Origin: an uncultured Candidatus Binatia bacterium
GTDB taxonomy: Bacteria > Desulfobacterota > Binatia > Bin18
Reading direction: 5' to 3'
Assembly (NCBI GenBank): GCA_965214605.1
Contig: OZ243961.1
Span: 553,917 to 617,916 of the forward strand
DNA length: 64,000 nucleotides
The position numbers and the translations under genes are program-made. Below the pieces are notes generated by a model that worked only from the letters and a program-made list of their open reading frames with translations, made no database searches and was not told the origin of the DNA. This document shows, in pieces, positions 49,796 through 59,644 of the stretch. Within the stretch, counting starts at the first letter, position 1. Every line of letters begins with the position of its first letter.

Positions 49796-50013
49796 GCGTC
49801 TTCCTCGCCGTCAAGGACGGAGGAGGCCAGACGCCAGTGACGTGCGCTCACACAGCCAGCAAAAATCACGACCAGGGCGGAGGCAGCCAGACAGACAAGA
49901 AACCACAGGCCCCCCCACCAGCGGTTCGTGCCTCCCGGCAAAGAAATACGGCACCGTGAAAAAGAGCAGAACGCCGGAGATCATCCAGATCTAGGCTTGC
50001 AACGGCTCTCTCA

Positions 50014-50805
50014 TCAATCCAGCCCGGTATAATCAAACTCCATCGGCGTGATATCCCCCGCCGTGATCGCTCGAATCCGCTCAGCCGACAGCGGATAGCT
50101 GAACTGCTCGTTGCGCATATGGAGGCGCTGGAGCAGGATTTTGCCGACCATGTCGACAATCTCTTGCCATTCGGTCGGAGATAGCTGCTGCTGAGCCAGG
50201 CCCACATAGCCGGCCCGCATATGTCCAATCTCGTCGTTGTAGACCTGCTCGCAGGCCCTGGCGATACGGTTATTGAGCTGGCCCGAGCCGGCCAGCCGCA
50301 TACCGGCCGAGTACATACTACAGTAGCCGCCCTCAGTAAAACGCACGGCAAAATAGCCCAAGCGACCCCGCTGCTCGCGATATTCATAGCGCAGACGGGC
50401 CAGTTCGTCGTCAGACTGCCAGCCAACCAACGCGTGCGGGTTCAGCTTCTCCCCACTCAGCCAGTCATAGATATCGGCAAACAGGCAGTAATGGGCAAAC
50501 TCCGTGCGCAGATCGTCAATAACGTCAAGCACGGTGTGGCGATCAACCTGGAGGTCGATTTTATCAAAGACCTCGCTCAGATAGGCAACCGGTCCCTGAA
50601 ACAGCCCTTTTTTCTTATCCCCAACCCCAGAGCCCCAAATCTCCTTAAAACACTGGCGGCGTAGCCACACCAGATCAGTATCGGGCGTCCGCATTGGGCT
50701 CTGAAAATACGTCCACACCACCTCGGCCTCACCCGCCCAGTAGGGCGCGGCGAGATCGACCAAACGTTTGAGCTGAGGATTAATCTGCCGTTTGGCATTC
50801 ATCAT
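50014..50805 (-). CDS. hypothetical ferritin-like/diiron-type protein with two ExxH motifs
   Basis: EFAH...EIGH spacing typical of diiron carboxylate proteins; last gene of the thiolase operon; start uncertain (50805 or 50859). Confidence 0.4.
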   Translation of the reverse strand: MMNAKRQINPQLKRLVDLAAPYWAGEAEVVWTYFQSPMRTPDTDLVWLRRQCFKEIWGSGVGDKKKGLFQGPVAYLSEVFDKIDLQVDRHTVLDVIDDLRTEFAHYCLFADIYDWLSGEKLNPHALVGWQSDDELARLRYEYREQRGRLGYFAVRFTEGGYCSMYSAGMRLAGSGQLNNRIARACEQVYNDEIGHMRAGYVGLAQQQLSPTEWQEIVDMVGKILLQRLHMRNEQFSYPLSAERIRAITAGDITPMEFDYTGLD

Positions 50806-50818
50806 TTTCTTCCGTCGT

Positions 50819-51517
50819 TCATGGCTCGGCATTCCGATCAATCTCATCTCCCAGCTCACAAATCCCCTGATAGAATAGCTTGCAGCCCGTCAGCGCCAGT
50901 TCCATCCCGTCCAGCACTTCCTGACGTTCATGCTCCGTGGCGACATGCCGGGAGATTGGCTCCCAGACCTTCCGTCCGGCGTGATCGTCATCGGCCTTGG
51001 TGTGGTAGGTAAAGAAGAACACCTGCTCATCGTTCAGATCATAGGTCTGCTTCCAGGCCTCGGCCCGAAAATTATGCGCGCCCTGCATAGCGGTGAGGAT
51101 AAACTCATCGACTGAGGTGGCTAACCAGCCAGCCACCCAGTGCCGCGTGCGGGCAAGGTGCTCCCACACACTCAGGGCCACATTGACCAGGGGAACGGGC
51201 CGGGTGGTGTCCATCTGTTCGTTGGTGAGACCGACGTTGCGGCCCATCTCCCACAGCAGTGTGGTGTGGGGCTGGGCAATCTGATCGTCATACACCAGCT
51301 CTTCACGCATCTGACCGATGGTTTTACGGACAACGGCCAGGTCTGGACAGCGACTGATCCAGGCTGGTCGAATGACTGCGCTAAACAGCCGATTGCGCAG
51401 AATATGCTGTAGGATGAAGGCCTGCCCGCGCCCGGGTGTCAAAGGCTCGACCAACCACGGGACTTGGGGAGCGGTTTCAAGGGCACGTTTGCAGATTTCG
51501 TCAACAATAGTGTTCAT
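50819..51517 (-). CDS. heme-oxygenase-like fold protein (TenA/PqqC/CADD family)
   Basis: 232 aa all-helical; conserved YHTKADDDHAG block of the TenA/PqqC-like iron-containing redox enzyme family. Confidence 0.5.
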   Translation of the reverse strand: MNTIVDEICKRALETAPQVPWLVEPLTPGRGQAFILQHILRNRLFSAVIRPAWISRCPDLAVVRKTIGQMREELVYDDQIAQPHTTLLWEMGRNVGLTNEQMDTTRPVPLVNVALSVWEHLARTRHWVAGWLATSVDEFILTAMQGAHNFRAEAWKQTYDLNDEQVFFFTYHTKADDDHAGRKVWEPISRHVATEHERQEVLDGMELALTGCKLFYQGICELGDEIDRNAEP

Positions 51518-51529
51518 ATCTCATCCTCA

Positions 51530-52696
51530 TTACGGCTGCCCCAACACCGCGACACACGACACCGCACCCGGCCCGCCAACGTTGTGGACCAAACCCAGCC
51601 TGGAATTTTGGATCTGACGCGGGCCGGCTTGGCCACGCAGCTGAGTCACAATCTCATACACCATACGGACTCCGCTAGCCCCGATGGGATGCCCAAAAGA
51701 CTTGAGGCCACCGCTTGGATTAACCGGGATATCGCCGTCCAGAGCGGTCCGCCCTTCTTCAATCAGGGTAGCCCCCCGGCCTTTGGGGACAAAACCCAAG
51801 TCTTCATAATTGGTGATTTCGGTCCAGCTAAAACAGTCGTGGACCTCGGCCACGTCGATCTCCATGAGCGGGTCGGTAATGCCGGCCATGGCGTAGGCCT
51901 GGGCCGAGGCGTGCTCAGTAGCCTGAAAGCCGAGGTAGTCATAGCTCGGGTCCATAAAGGGCCGACCGCTGCTCACCGCTAGGCCCACCCCTTTTACCAA
52001 AATATAGTCATCGCGGTATTCTTTGGCCAGATCCGACCGACACACCACAACCGCGGCCGCCCCATCGGTCGTCGGACAGCAGTCATACAGGCCGAACGGA
52101 TAGGCCACGATGGGCGCGGTCAGGACTTCTTCGGCAGAGACGGTCTTTTGCAGATGAGCCTTGGGATTCAACGAGCCGTTGTAGTGATTTTTGACCGACA
52201 CCTTGGCCAGGCTCTCACGGGTCAGTCCATAGGTGTGCATATAGCGGGTAGCAGCCAGGGCAAACAGACCCGGCGCGGTTGACCCGTCATTATAGTAGGG
52301 ATGCACGCCCTCACGCGCCAAGCCACGCCCCGGACGGTCTTTGTACTTCTCCACCCCGAGCACCAAGGCCATATCGTACAGCCCGGCCGCCACGGCTATG
52401 ACCGCGTGACGGAAGGCATCGGTTCCGGTCGCGCAAAAATTCTCGACCCGGGAGATTGGTTTATTGTACAGACGCAGCGCATCGCCCAAGGAGACCGCGG
52501 CCTTACCGTGTCCCTGGGCGGGTGAATAGGTGCCAAGCCAGGCCGCGTCAATCTCGTCAGGGGCAATCTTAGCGTCGTGAAAAGCGGCAAACGCCGCCTC
52601 AACCGCCATTTCTTCGTAACCCTGATCAACATTGTCCCCAAACTTAATGCAGCCTGCCCCAATGACAGCAACCTGATCTTTGATGGAAGCGGACAT
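51530..52696 (-). CDS. thiolase-family protein (SCP-x/archaeal-type acetyl-CoA acetyltransferase-like)
   Basis: VAVIGAGCIKFGDN N-terminal active-site Cys region; C-terminal GHPIGASGVRMVYE block. Confidence 0.75.
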   Translation of the reverse strand: MSASIKDQVAVIGAGCIKFGDNVDQGYEEMAVEAAFAAFHDAKIAPDEIDAAWLGTYSPAQGHGKAAVSLGDALRLYNKPISRVENFCATGTDAFRHAVIAVAAGLYDMALVLGVEKYKDRPGRGLAREGVHPYYNDGSTAPGLFALAATRYMHTYGLTRESLAKVSVKNHYNGSLNPKAHLQKTVSAEEVLTAPIVAYPFGLYDCCPTTDGAAAVVVCRSDLAKEYRDDYILVKGVGLAVSSGRPFMDPSYDYLGFQATEHASAQAYAMAGITDPLMEIDVAEVHDCFSWTEITNYEDLGFVPKGRGATLIEEGRTALDGDIPVNPSGGLKSFGHPIGASGVRMVYEIVTQLRGQAGPRQIQNSRLGLVHNVGGPGAVSCVAVLGQP

Positions 52697-53948
52697 GACT
52701 TCTCCCTTCTGCAACAGCTGTCGTGTTCCCCCCTACTAGCAGCTTGGACAAGAGCCATGACCAACGTCGCAATCCCTGCCCCTTGCAGCCGCAAAGCCCG
52801 CTACCACTGCGCCTTTGTGGCCGGGTGGTCATCGTCTGTCTGAGACGCTTCTCCGATAGCTCTGGCTCTGGCTTCGGCCTGACACTAGTCCATCCCGGTC
52901 TTTTACAACTCTTTGGCTCTAGTCCGTGTGTCAAAAGCCATGACTTGGCTCTCCCCTTTCCTGCCCAATATACCCCCTATTAAGGAAGAAAACAGCGGGG
53001 AAAACTTTGCTATCTCACCTTAAACACCTATAGGGAGGTATTGTCTGATTGCCAGGCATGTCAAGCCGCGGCCTGCTTGCCTCGCCCCCAGCCTCTCCCG
53101 CGCCGGGAGGGGGGAAAGCCTCCGCCTACAGCAGGTGAAATTGGCACAGTACTCTGGCCACCTCCGGATCGCTACGCTGTTCTAACGCCCAGAACACCTC
53201 TCTCAGCTCCTCCAACCGCAGGCGGTTGCCGCTGAGGTCATCTTCCAGGCTCCCCACCTGCCTGCGCAAAGGTCCAACTCATCGTTCGTCGGTTCCGCAG
53301 CACAAAGCCTCTGCTAAGCCGCCACGAGTGTGCTACAGGCACTCTAGTAGCCTCAGGGTCAACTGAAATTGGCGGGCAAACCGTGCGGCCATGTCCTCCC
53401 GCAGTTGGTGAGAACGCCTAGCCGTATCGGTCCAGAGTTGCTCATTCTGTTGGGCCCGCAGCTGGCCCATCTCCGCCGGCAACCGACCGATGTCTCCACG
53501 CAATTGCTGGGACCGCGTCCGCCAACCCCGCTTGTCGGGCTTCGAGTCGTATCAGACGCCTCGGTCAAGGTCGGGGATAGCTCTCCGGGGCGGGCAAGAA
53601 CACTATGACCAAAACCCCCGGGAGGAAGGATTAACTCATGGCGGCATTCAAGGTCGGATGCCGGAAATGTCAAGTCATGTGGAAAAGGGGATCAGCCTGA
53701 CTCGACTGACGGGGCCGTTATGGCATCCACAGCTTCTCCTCAGCAGGGGTAAGCCAAGGCGGCATAATATCGAAAGGGGCGAGCCAGCAACCGCAGCGGC
53801 TCGGTCCCCCCTCCCCTCCTCTCTCCAAGGGGAGGAAAGTGCAGACGGAGACACGACTCGCCAGCGGCTCAATTCCTGGTCTTGCTTGTTTCAAATCCCA
53901 TGTCTAGGCTGTGTTGGGAAAGCTCTTCAGCAGACGAATAGGAGAGAT

Positions 53949-56900
53949 ATGAGACGACAACATCACAGTGGTCAGAACGCTCGTGACTGGCGGCGCCAAA
54001 TAGCAGCCTCTGCGGAGAAACAACAAGAAAGCGTCTTCACATATAAGTTTGGACTGAGCATACAAGAGGGAGATTTAGACTTTGCCGCGGCCACTCGAAC
54101 CTACGACATCACCGAAGGGATTTTATGCGGGAGCTTAATCGGCTTGATATGCGCTGTGCATCTGTCCGGGTTTCGCCTATTTTCCAAGAGCGGGGAGACA
54201 CGCCAGTTCCGAAATCGAAGTCGATATCCCGAAGACGCATTCACCAAGGCGTTCCGCGCTCATACGGAAATCATAAACCCTGACATTACGATTCAGTCAA
54301 TTGAGGCTGTCTTCGCCGCACCTCCGCGAAAGAAAATAGCCTGGTCAGCGGACACCCTTGGGAAGCGGCTGTTTCAAACCTGGAACAATCGCTCCCCAAA
54401 AGACGCAGAGAGAGAGCACCCAGAATTTTTACTGGCCCAGGGAATCGCTTGCGAAGTCGCCAAACAGTTCTCCGGATGGAAGGAACTCGCCGACAATGTA
54501 AGCGGTGCACTGGCCTGCGCTGACAGATATCTGGCGACCCTGGGAGACTCCTTTCCAAAACTCAGTAACCTGCCACCCGGAACCACGATCAATCCAGACT
54601 CTTGTACGCTTGCCTACGATCCCGAATCGCCCTTCGTTGAGATGGTTGGTAACGAAGAAAACTGGCTCCATCAGGTAGTGGCGGTTTGTGCTGGCAGGCT
54701 GAAACGAGACATGCCCGATCGTGACCTATCCTCGTCTGATTTTGCAAAGCGTCTGAACGACGCTGTTGTTACTAGTCAGCACAATGGACTGTCTTGGTTA
54801 TTCGGCAACGGCCTACGCTACCTTCGGAAATCAAGCATTGAGCGGATTACCGAAAACCTTGATGTTCCACACGGGAAGCGCCAACGAGTTGAACAACTCA
54901 AAGCCTTTGCCGACGCGCTTCCTGACAATCCATTTTTCGACACCAATGGCTATGCCGAGTTTCGTACCTCCGTCGGTGGCAAGATCGCCTCATGGGTCTC
55001 GAACTACTGGAAGCGCATTTGCGAACTTGCGACGTTGCATTCTCAGCCGCCGGATATCGCTATTCCCGAAACGCTGCAAGATCCCGATAACGCCTTTCTG
55101 TTTTCTGGTCAGCACACCAACGCTGCCGGCCTCATAGACCTCTCTAATCGCATCCCTGAGCGGGTCAAAAAAGCCGGCAATGCGCTTGTTGTTCTGCGTG
55201 GAAGTTGTATTCCTGGACCGGAAGATATCGCCGTCGTTGAATCCGTTGCCGATGAGATGACCGAACTCACTGGGCAACTCTCCATGCTCGACAACCGCAT
55301 TCGGCAGGAAACCGAACGCGCCAAAGACGCCGAAAACGAAAAACGTGCCAAGGTCCTAGAATCCCTCAGGCCAAACATTCCCAAAGGTCTCAAGGATCTG
55401 CCCAAACTAAACAGCATATCAGGCGGCACCGTGGACGCTACCGGTGAGATCAAACGGCTGGAAGCCGACCTGAACTCCGTCATACGAGCACGCCGTGAGC
55501 ACTTCCGGCAACTCTCTGAATGGGCGGACAGTAACGCAGGCGGCCTTGATCCCCTGCCCATCCTTAAAGAACGCGAACAAGAGGCGCTTTCCGACCGAAA
55601 CATGGACCTCGATTGTGCAGCTGAATACGCTATCCGGCGTCTGCTTGATCGCATCGGCGTCATGTCGCATCGACTGTCGCCAAGTGTAGCCGAGCAAATC
55701 CGGACCGCCATGACGCCGCTTTTTCGCAGGAAAAAAGAGGCAAACCGCTACTTCTACAATCGCAACGGCAGGATCTATCGGCATCCCTTCAGCACCTCAC
55801 GTCACCAGGCTTATGCCATAGACGTAGAGCGTGCCCACGCAACCGATTGGCTCTTGTGGTTGGAGGAGCGGACGACAGAAATCCGTAACGCTCTGCGCGC
55901 GGATCAGACACGCCTACGCGATCTTCTGTTGATGGAAGCTTTTGTCCTGACGACACGGCTCGGCGGTCTCTCTGATCGTGTACCGGGGGATCTGGCGAAA
56001 CCGGAAAACGACTGTCTCAACATTCCTCCCCTGCTCAAAGCGCAGCTCGAGGCTAGGGAGGTTTCGCGCGATGTGGCCGTGCGCGCCTTCAATCTGTTCA
56101 ATAGTGCTATCAATGGTCTGTCGTTTCGCGCCTTCCGTGATAGTTTCATTGTTCGCGTTAAGTTTCAGCGCCAAGATCGCGAAGAAGTATTTTATGTCCC
56201 GAAGGAACGCCCCTGGCAGGCACCAGCTGACTATGATTCAGCCAAGGGTGAGATATCTAAGGGCTTGAAGCTCTCCGCAGTCGTGCGTGACCAAACCGGG
56301 GCTGTTCTGCCGCGTGAGACAGCCAAGGGCTTGAGTAAGGCGAAGTTTCCCGAGCCGGGTACGCGTGCCCTGCTGCGTCAATCGCCTCATGACTGGTTCG
56401 TCGAACTCGATGTCCGCTCTACCCAGGCTTCGGAGTTGGCAGGGCTGCCCGTCAAGAAGAACAAAGACGGACTCAAGCGCTGGAAAGTCCTGAAAAAGCC
56501 GGCCTTTCGACTAGTCGGGCCGCCCTCGTTCAAGACGCAGCTCGACCGCGCTCTGACAAGCGGAGAGGTGAAGCTCGGCGACTACACGCTCATCATTGAC
56601 CAGCTCTTCAAACAGTCCTTGTACGTCGAAGGTGAGGAGATACACCTTTTGGCTGAACCGGTAAAGATTCGGGCAGAACTGGCGGTTCCAGTAATAGACA
56701 ACCGGCCGTATCCCAAGTCTGAAACCGACTTGATATTTAACAAGATCGTTGCCATAGACCTTGGCGAGCGACGGGTCGGCTACGCGGTCTTCTCGCTCAT
56801 AGACTTCGTGGAAAACGGTTGCCAAAATCCGATCAAGGTGGGGAGCGTCGCCATTCCCGCTTTCAGGAAACTGATGGCCGCGGTCCGCCGCCACCGCGGG

Positions 56901-57734
56901 TCGCGGCAGCCCAACCAGAAGGTCGACCAAACCTACTCGAGAGCGCTGATGCAGTTCCGAGAAAACGTGGTGGGAGACGTCTGCTCTCGCATTGAGACCT
57001 TGTGCGAATACTTCGGCGGATTTCCCGTACTCGAAAGTTCGGTGGGAAATTTCGAGACAGGGGGCCGCCAGCTGGAGATGATCTATGGTTCAGTCCTGCG
57101 CCGCTACACTTTCTCCGAAGTGAAAGCCCATAAAGCCACCCGTAGCCATCATTGGTTCACAGCGGACACCTGGAAGCATCCCTACGTCTACACCTACACC
57201 TACACCTGGAATAAGAGAGAAAAGCAATATTCCGGCCCATCCAAGCCGCTGAAGATATTCCCCGGCGTCACGATCAACCCGGCCGGCACCAGCCAGACTT
57301 GCCAGCATTGTAAGCGGAATGCCCTTCAGGCGCTGCGTAACATGACGGACAAGGTCGAAGTGGGAGAAGACGGCCGCGTAGTCCTCGGAAACGGGACGAT
57401 ACGGCTTCTCGAACGAGCCGATTATCTTCCTTCCGAACGAAGAAAATTTCGTCACAACAAAGCAAGGCCGCCGCTAAACGTGCCTGCCCAGAAAGGATCC
57501 CGGCTAAGCCGCGACATCACGCGTATCGCCAGACGAAACATGCGGCAACCCCCATCTTCCACAATGTCACCCGATACCACACAGTCTCGCTTCAAATGCG
57601 TGTACGTTGACTGCGGCTATGAGGGGCATGCCGACGAAAATGCCGCAATTAACATCGGCCGGCGTTTTTTGGAACGGATCGATATGGAAACGTCGAGAGG
57701 GACGTGCCGGGACTTGACCGGGCAGCGAGAATGA
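53949..57734 (+). CDS. cas12: Cas12-family (type V) CRISPR effector, ~1261 aa
   Basis: C-terminal TnpB-like core: RuvC-I IVAIDLGERRVGYAV, RuvC-II VLESSVGNFE, Zn-finger CQHCKRN...CVYVDCGY, RuvC-III GHADENAAINIGRRF; large N-terminal REC-like region; SD GGAGAG before the ATG at 53949; upstream part of the 53490 ORF looks non-coding. Confidence 0.75.
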   Translation: MRRQHHSGQNARDWRRQIAASAEKQQESVFTYKFGLSIQEGDLDFAAATRTYDITEGILCGSLIGLICAVHLSGFRLFSKSGETRQFRNRSRYPEDAFTKAFRAHTEIINPDITIQSIEAVFAAPPRKKIAWSADTLGKRLFQTWNNRSPKDAEREHPEFLLAQGIACEVAKQFSGWKELADNVSGALACADRYLATLGDSFPKLSNLPPGTTINPDSCTLAYDPESPFVEMVGNEENWLHQVVAVCAGRLKRDMPDRDLSSSDFAKRLNDAVVTSQHNGLSWLFGNGLRYLRKSSIERITENLDVPHGKRQRVEQLKAFADALPDNPFFDTNGYAEFRTSVGGKIASWVSNYWKRICELATLHSQPPDIAIPETLQDPDNAFLFSGQHTNAAGLIDLSNRIPERVKKAGNALVVLRGSCIPGPEDIAVVESVADEMTELTGQLSMLDNRIRQETERAKDAENEKRAKVLESLRPNIPKGLKDLPKLNSISGGTVDATGEIKRLEADLNSVIRARREHFRQLSEWADSNAGGLDPLPILKEREQEALSDRNMDLDCAAEYAIRRLLDRIGVMSHRLSPSVAEQIRTAMTPLFRRKKEANRYFYNRNGRIYRHPFSTSRHQAYAIDVERAHATDWLLWLEERTTEIRNALRADQTRLRDLLLMEAFVLTTRLGGLSDRVPGDLAKPENDCLNIPPLLKAQLEAREVSRDVAVRAFNLFNSAINGLSFRAFRDSFIVRVKFQRQDREEVFYVPKERPWQAPADYDSAKGEISKGLKLSAVVRDQTGAVLPRETAKGLSKAKFPEPGTRALLRQSPHDWFVELDVRSTQASELAGLPVKKNKDGLKRWKVLKKPAFRLVGPPSFKTQLDRALTSGEVKLGDYTLIIDQLFKQSLYVEGEEIHLLAEPVKIRAELAVPVIDNRPYPKSETDLIFNKIVAIDLGERRVGYAVFSLIDFVENGCQNPIKVGSVAIPAFRKLMAAVRRHRGSRQPNQKVDQTYSRALMQFRENVVGDVCSRIETLCEYFGGFPVLESSVGNFETGGRQLEMIYGSVLRRYTFSEVKAHKATRSHHWFTADTWKHPYVYTYTYTWNKREKQYSGPSKPLKIFPGVTINPAGTSQTCQHCKRNALQALRNMTDKVEVGEDGRVVLGNGTIRLLERADYLPSERRKFRHNKARPPLNVPAQKGSRLSRDITRIARRNMRQPPSSTMSPDTTQSRFKCVYVDCGYEGHADENAAINIGRRFLERIDMETSRGTCRDLTGQRE

Positions 57735-57841
57735 GCCACCATCGTTCCTATTCTCTTCCAGGCCCAAGGACTTATCATCCATACCTCAACCTGGAAGACG
57801 TCCCCGCCTCCCCGGACGCCCTTCAAAGAGGGGAGGCATCA

Positions 57842-58897
57842 TCACCTTACCAGCTTTGAAGAGGAATGGGAGGTAAGGGGAATATCGCCTGGCAGCCGAT
57901 AGGAGACCTTTGGCGGACGCCCGCCTTTACGTTCACCCGCGGCGGGAACGATAAACCGGCGCATGTCGCCGGCCAGGTAAGCCCGCAGCGCCAACACGCT
58001 TCCATGCAACAGATTTTTACGGCGCACAAACTGGTGGGTAGCGGGAACGTAGACAACCTTCTCCATATCGTTCTTCAGCCCGGACAAAGTGGCTTTGGTC
58101 AGCGAGTCAGAGGCATTGTCCGGGGGATGGGTCCGGCAGGCCCCGGCAACGGCCTCTTCAATCATGTACCGGGCTGGCTCCATGAGATCGTAGACAAGTC
58201 CCATGTAGTCGGTCCCTTCATGCAGGAATCCGTGACTGGGCGAAAGCCGGTGGATTAACAACCAGCGCAAGAGTACCCCAGACAGGAACATGGACCCTGC
58301 ATCAAGGGCGGCTGGTAAAGGCCCCTCCCCTCTGCGAGTGATATCAGGGTATCCCATCCGAGTGAAATATCTCCGCCAATATCTGCGTGATTGCTCGGCT
58401 TCCCAGGCCCGTATCTGTCCAAGATTCCGTGTACGCGCCAGCCGTTTGTAGACAGCGCTTGGCATGGGCAGTGTGTTCTCTACCGCCCGAAAACGTTCAC
58501 GTACTAGAGTCCGCGCAATATAGGCACGTTTAGATTTATTTGTCCGGGTAACGATCTGTCTGGTCAAAATATCGTCGGCATCGACTCTGGGAGCTGGCAA
58601 GAAAATCGCTGGGCGGCTGATGTTGCGGCGGTGAACAAGGAGGGGCACTCGGCGAAAGGCAAGTTCGTCAATGAGAGCGACCGGAATCTGGCCAGTCGCG
58701 CCGTAGAACATGATGCAATCAAGCTGCGACAGCTCAGTATCGACCTCGCCTCCGTTATATGTGAACCGCCATAAGTTCTTTTTGAGCCTTGCTACCTGAG
58801 AGACGTATGGTAGCCACAAGGTCGTCTTGCTTCTCCGCTTGGTTGATTTCCATGTCCAAAGAGAATTTGGATGTTGAAATTGATCAATTTTAACCAT
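57842..58897 (-). CDS. cas1: CRISPR-associated endonuclease Cas1
   Basis: Cas1 blocks LDCIMFYGATGQIPVALIDELAFRRVPLLV and HGFLHEGTDYMGLVYDLMEPARYMIEEAV; no cas2 or cas4 adjacent. Confidence 0.85.
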   Translation of the reverse strand: MVKIDQFQHPNSLWTWKSTKRRSKTTLWLPYVSQVARLKKNLWRFTYNGGEVDTELSQLDCIMFYGATGQIPVALIDELAFRRVPLLVHRRNISRPAIFLPAPRVDADDILTRQIVTRTNKSKRAYIARTLVRERFRAVENTLPMPSAVYKRLARTRNLGQIRAWEAEQSRRYWRRYFTRMGYPDITRRGEGPLPAALDAGSMFLSGVLLRWLLIHRLSPSHGFLHEGTDYMGLVYDLMEPARYMIEEAVAGACRTHPPDNASDSLTKATLSGLKNDMEKVVYVPATHQFVRRKNLLHGSVLALRAYLAGDMRRFIVPAAGERKGGRPPKVSYRLPGDIPLTSHSSSKLVR

Positions 58898-58958
58898 ATA
58901 TGTCCTCAGTAAGAAAATCGAAAAATCATTGTAATATAAATATTTATCTGGTATACCT

Positions 58959-59623
58959 CCAGTTCTGAAGGGGAATTAGAGGCCGAAAAATATGAGTTCT
59001 GAAGGGGAATTAGAGGGTGTGGAGCATGACGCAATCCAGTTCTGAAGGGGAATTAGAGGCTGAAATACGGGCGTTCCTCCAGTTCTGAAGGGGAATTAGA
59101 GGTTCTCAACAGCATGAGGAGTCCAGTTCTGAAGGGGAATTAGAGGTTCTCAACAGCATGAGGAGTCCAGTTCTGAAGGGGAATTAGAGGTTCTCAACAG
59201 CATGAGGAGTCCAGTTCTGAAGGGGAATTAGAGGTTCTCAACAGCATGAGGAGTCCAGTTCTGAAGGGGAATTAGAGGTTCTCAACAGCATGAGGAGTCC
59301 AGTTCTGAAGGGGAATTAGAGGTTCTCAACAGCATGAGGAGTCCAGTTCTGAAGGGGAATTAGAGGTTCTCAACAGCATGAGGAGTCCAGTTCTGAAGGG
59401 GAATTAGAGGTTCTCAACAGCATGAGGAGTCCAGTTCTGAAGGGGAATTAGAGGTTCTCAACAGCATGAGGAGTCCAGCAGGGGAATTAGAGGTTCTCAA
59501 CAGCATGAGGAGTCCAGTTCTGAAGGGGAATTAGAGGCACGCGCATGACGCACCCCCCAGTTCTGAAGGGGAATTAGAGGATGGAAGGCTTCGGGCTGCC
59601 CAGTTCTGAAGGGGAATTAGAGG
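58959..59623 (+). CRISPR. CRISPR array, 16 repeats of 24 nt (CCAGTTCTGAAGGGGAATTAGAGG) with 18-20 nt spacers; AT-rich leader at 58898..58958
   Basis: period 43-44 bp; 6 distinct spacers, one present in 10 tandem copies; second repeat lacks 5' CCA; one repeat is truncated (59475..59493). Confidence 0.85.
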
Positions 59624-59644
59624 CAGGGAGGGAGGGCTGGAATC

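Noticed and set aside
49866-50426. 186-aa minus-strand ORF overlapping the ferritin-like gene
   Set aside because: Alternate-frame, low-complexity translation of the same strand as a better-supported ORF.
53041-53948. Region upstream of cas12 including the first 153 codons of the 53490 ORF and minus-strand coiled-coil-like fragments (ELREVFWALEQRSDPEVA)
   Set aside because: Low-complexity C/T-rich sequence with no consistent frame. Possibly decayed gene fragments or the cas12 promoter, but nothing I can call.
57735-57841. cas12-cas1 intergenic segment with a repeat-like stretch (TTCAAAGAGGGGAGG), considered as a scoutRNA/tracrRNA site
   Set aside because: Similarity to the CRISPR repeat is only ~8 of 12 positions with no clear anti-repeat. 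Cannot be supported without expression data.
58959-59623. Possibility that the 44-bp periodic array is a minisatellite rather than CRISPR
   Set aside because: Unique spacers at both ends, an AT-rich leader, and an adjacent Cas1 and Cas12-like gene make CRISPR the better explanation despite the short repeat.
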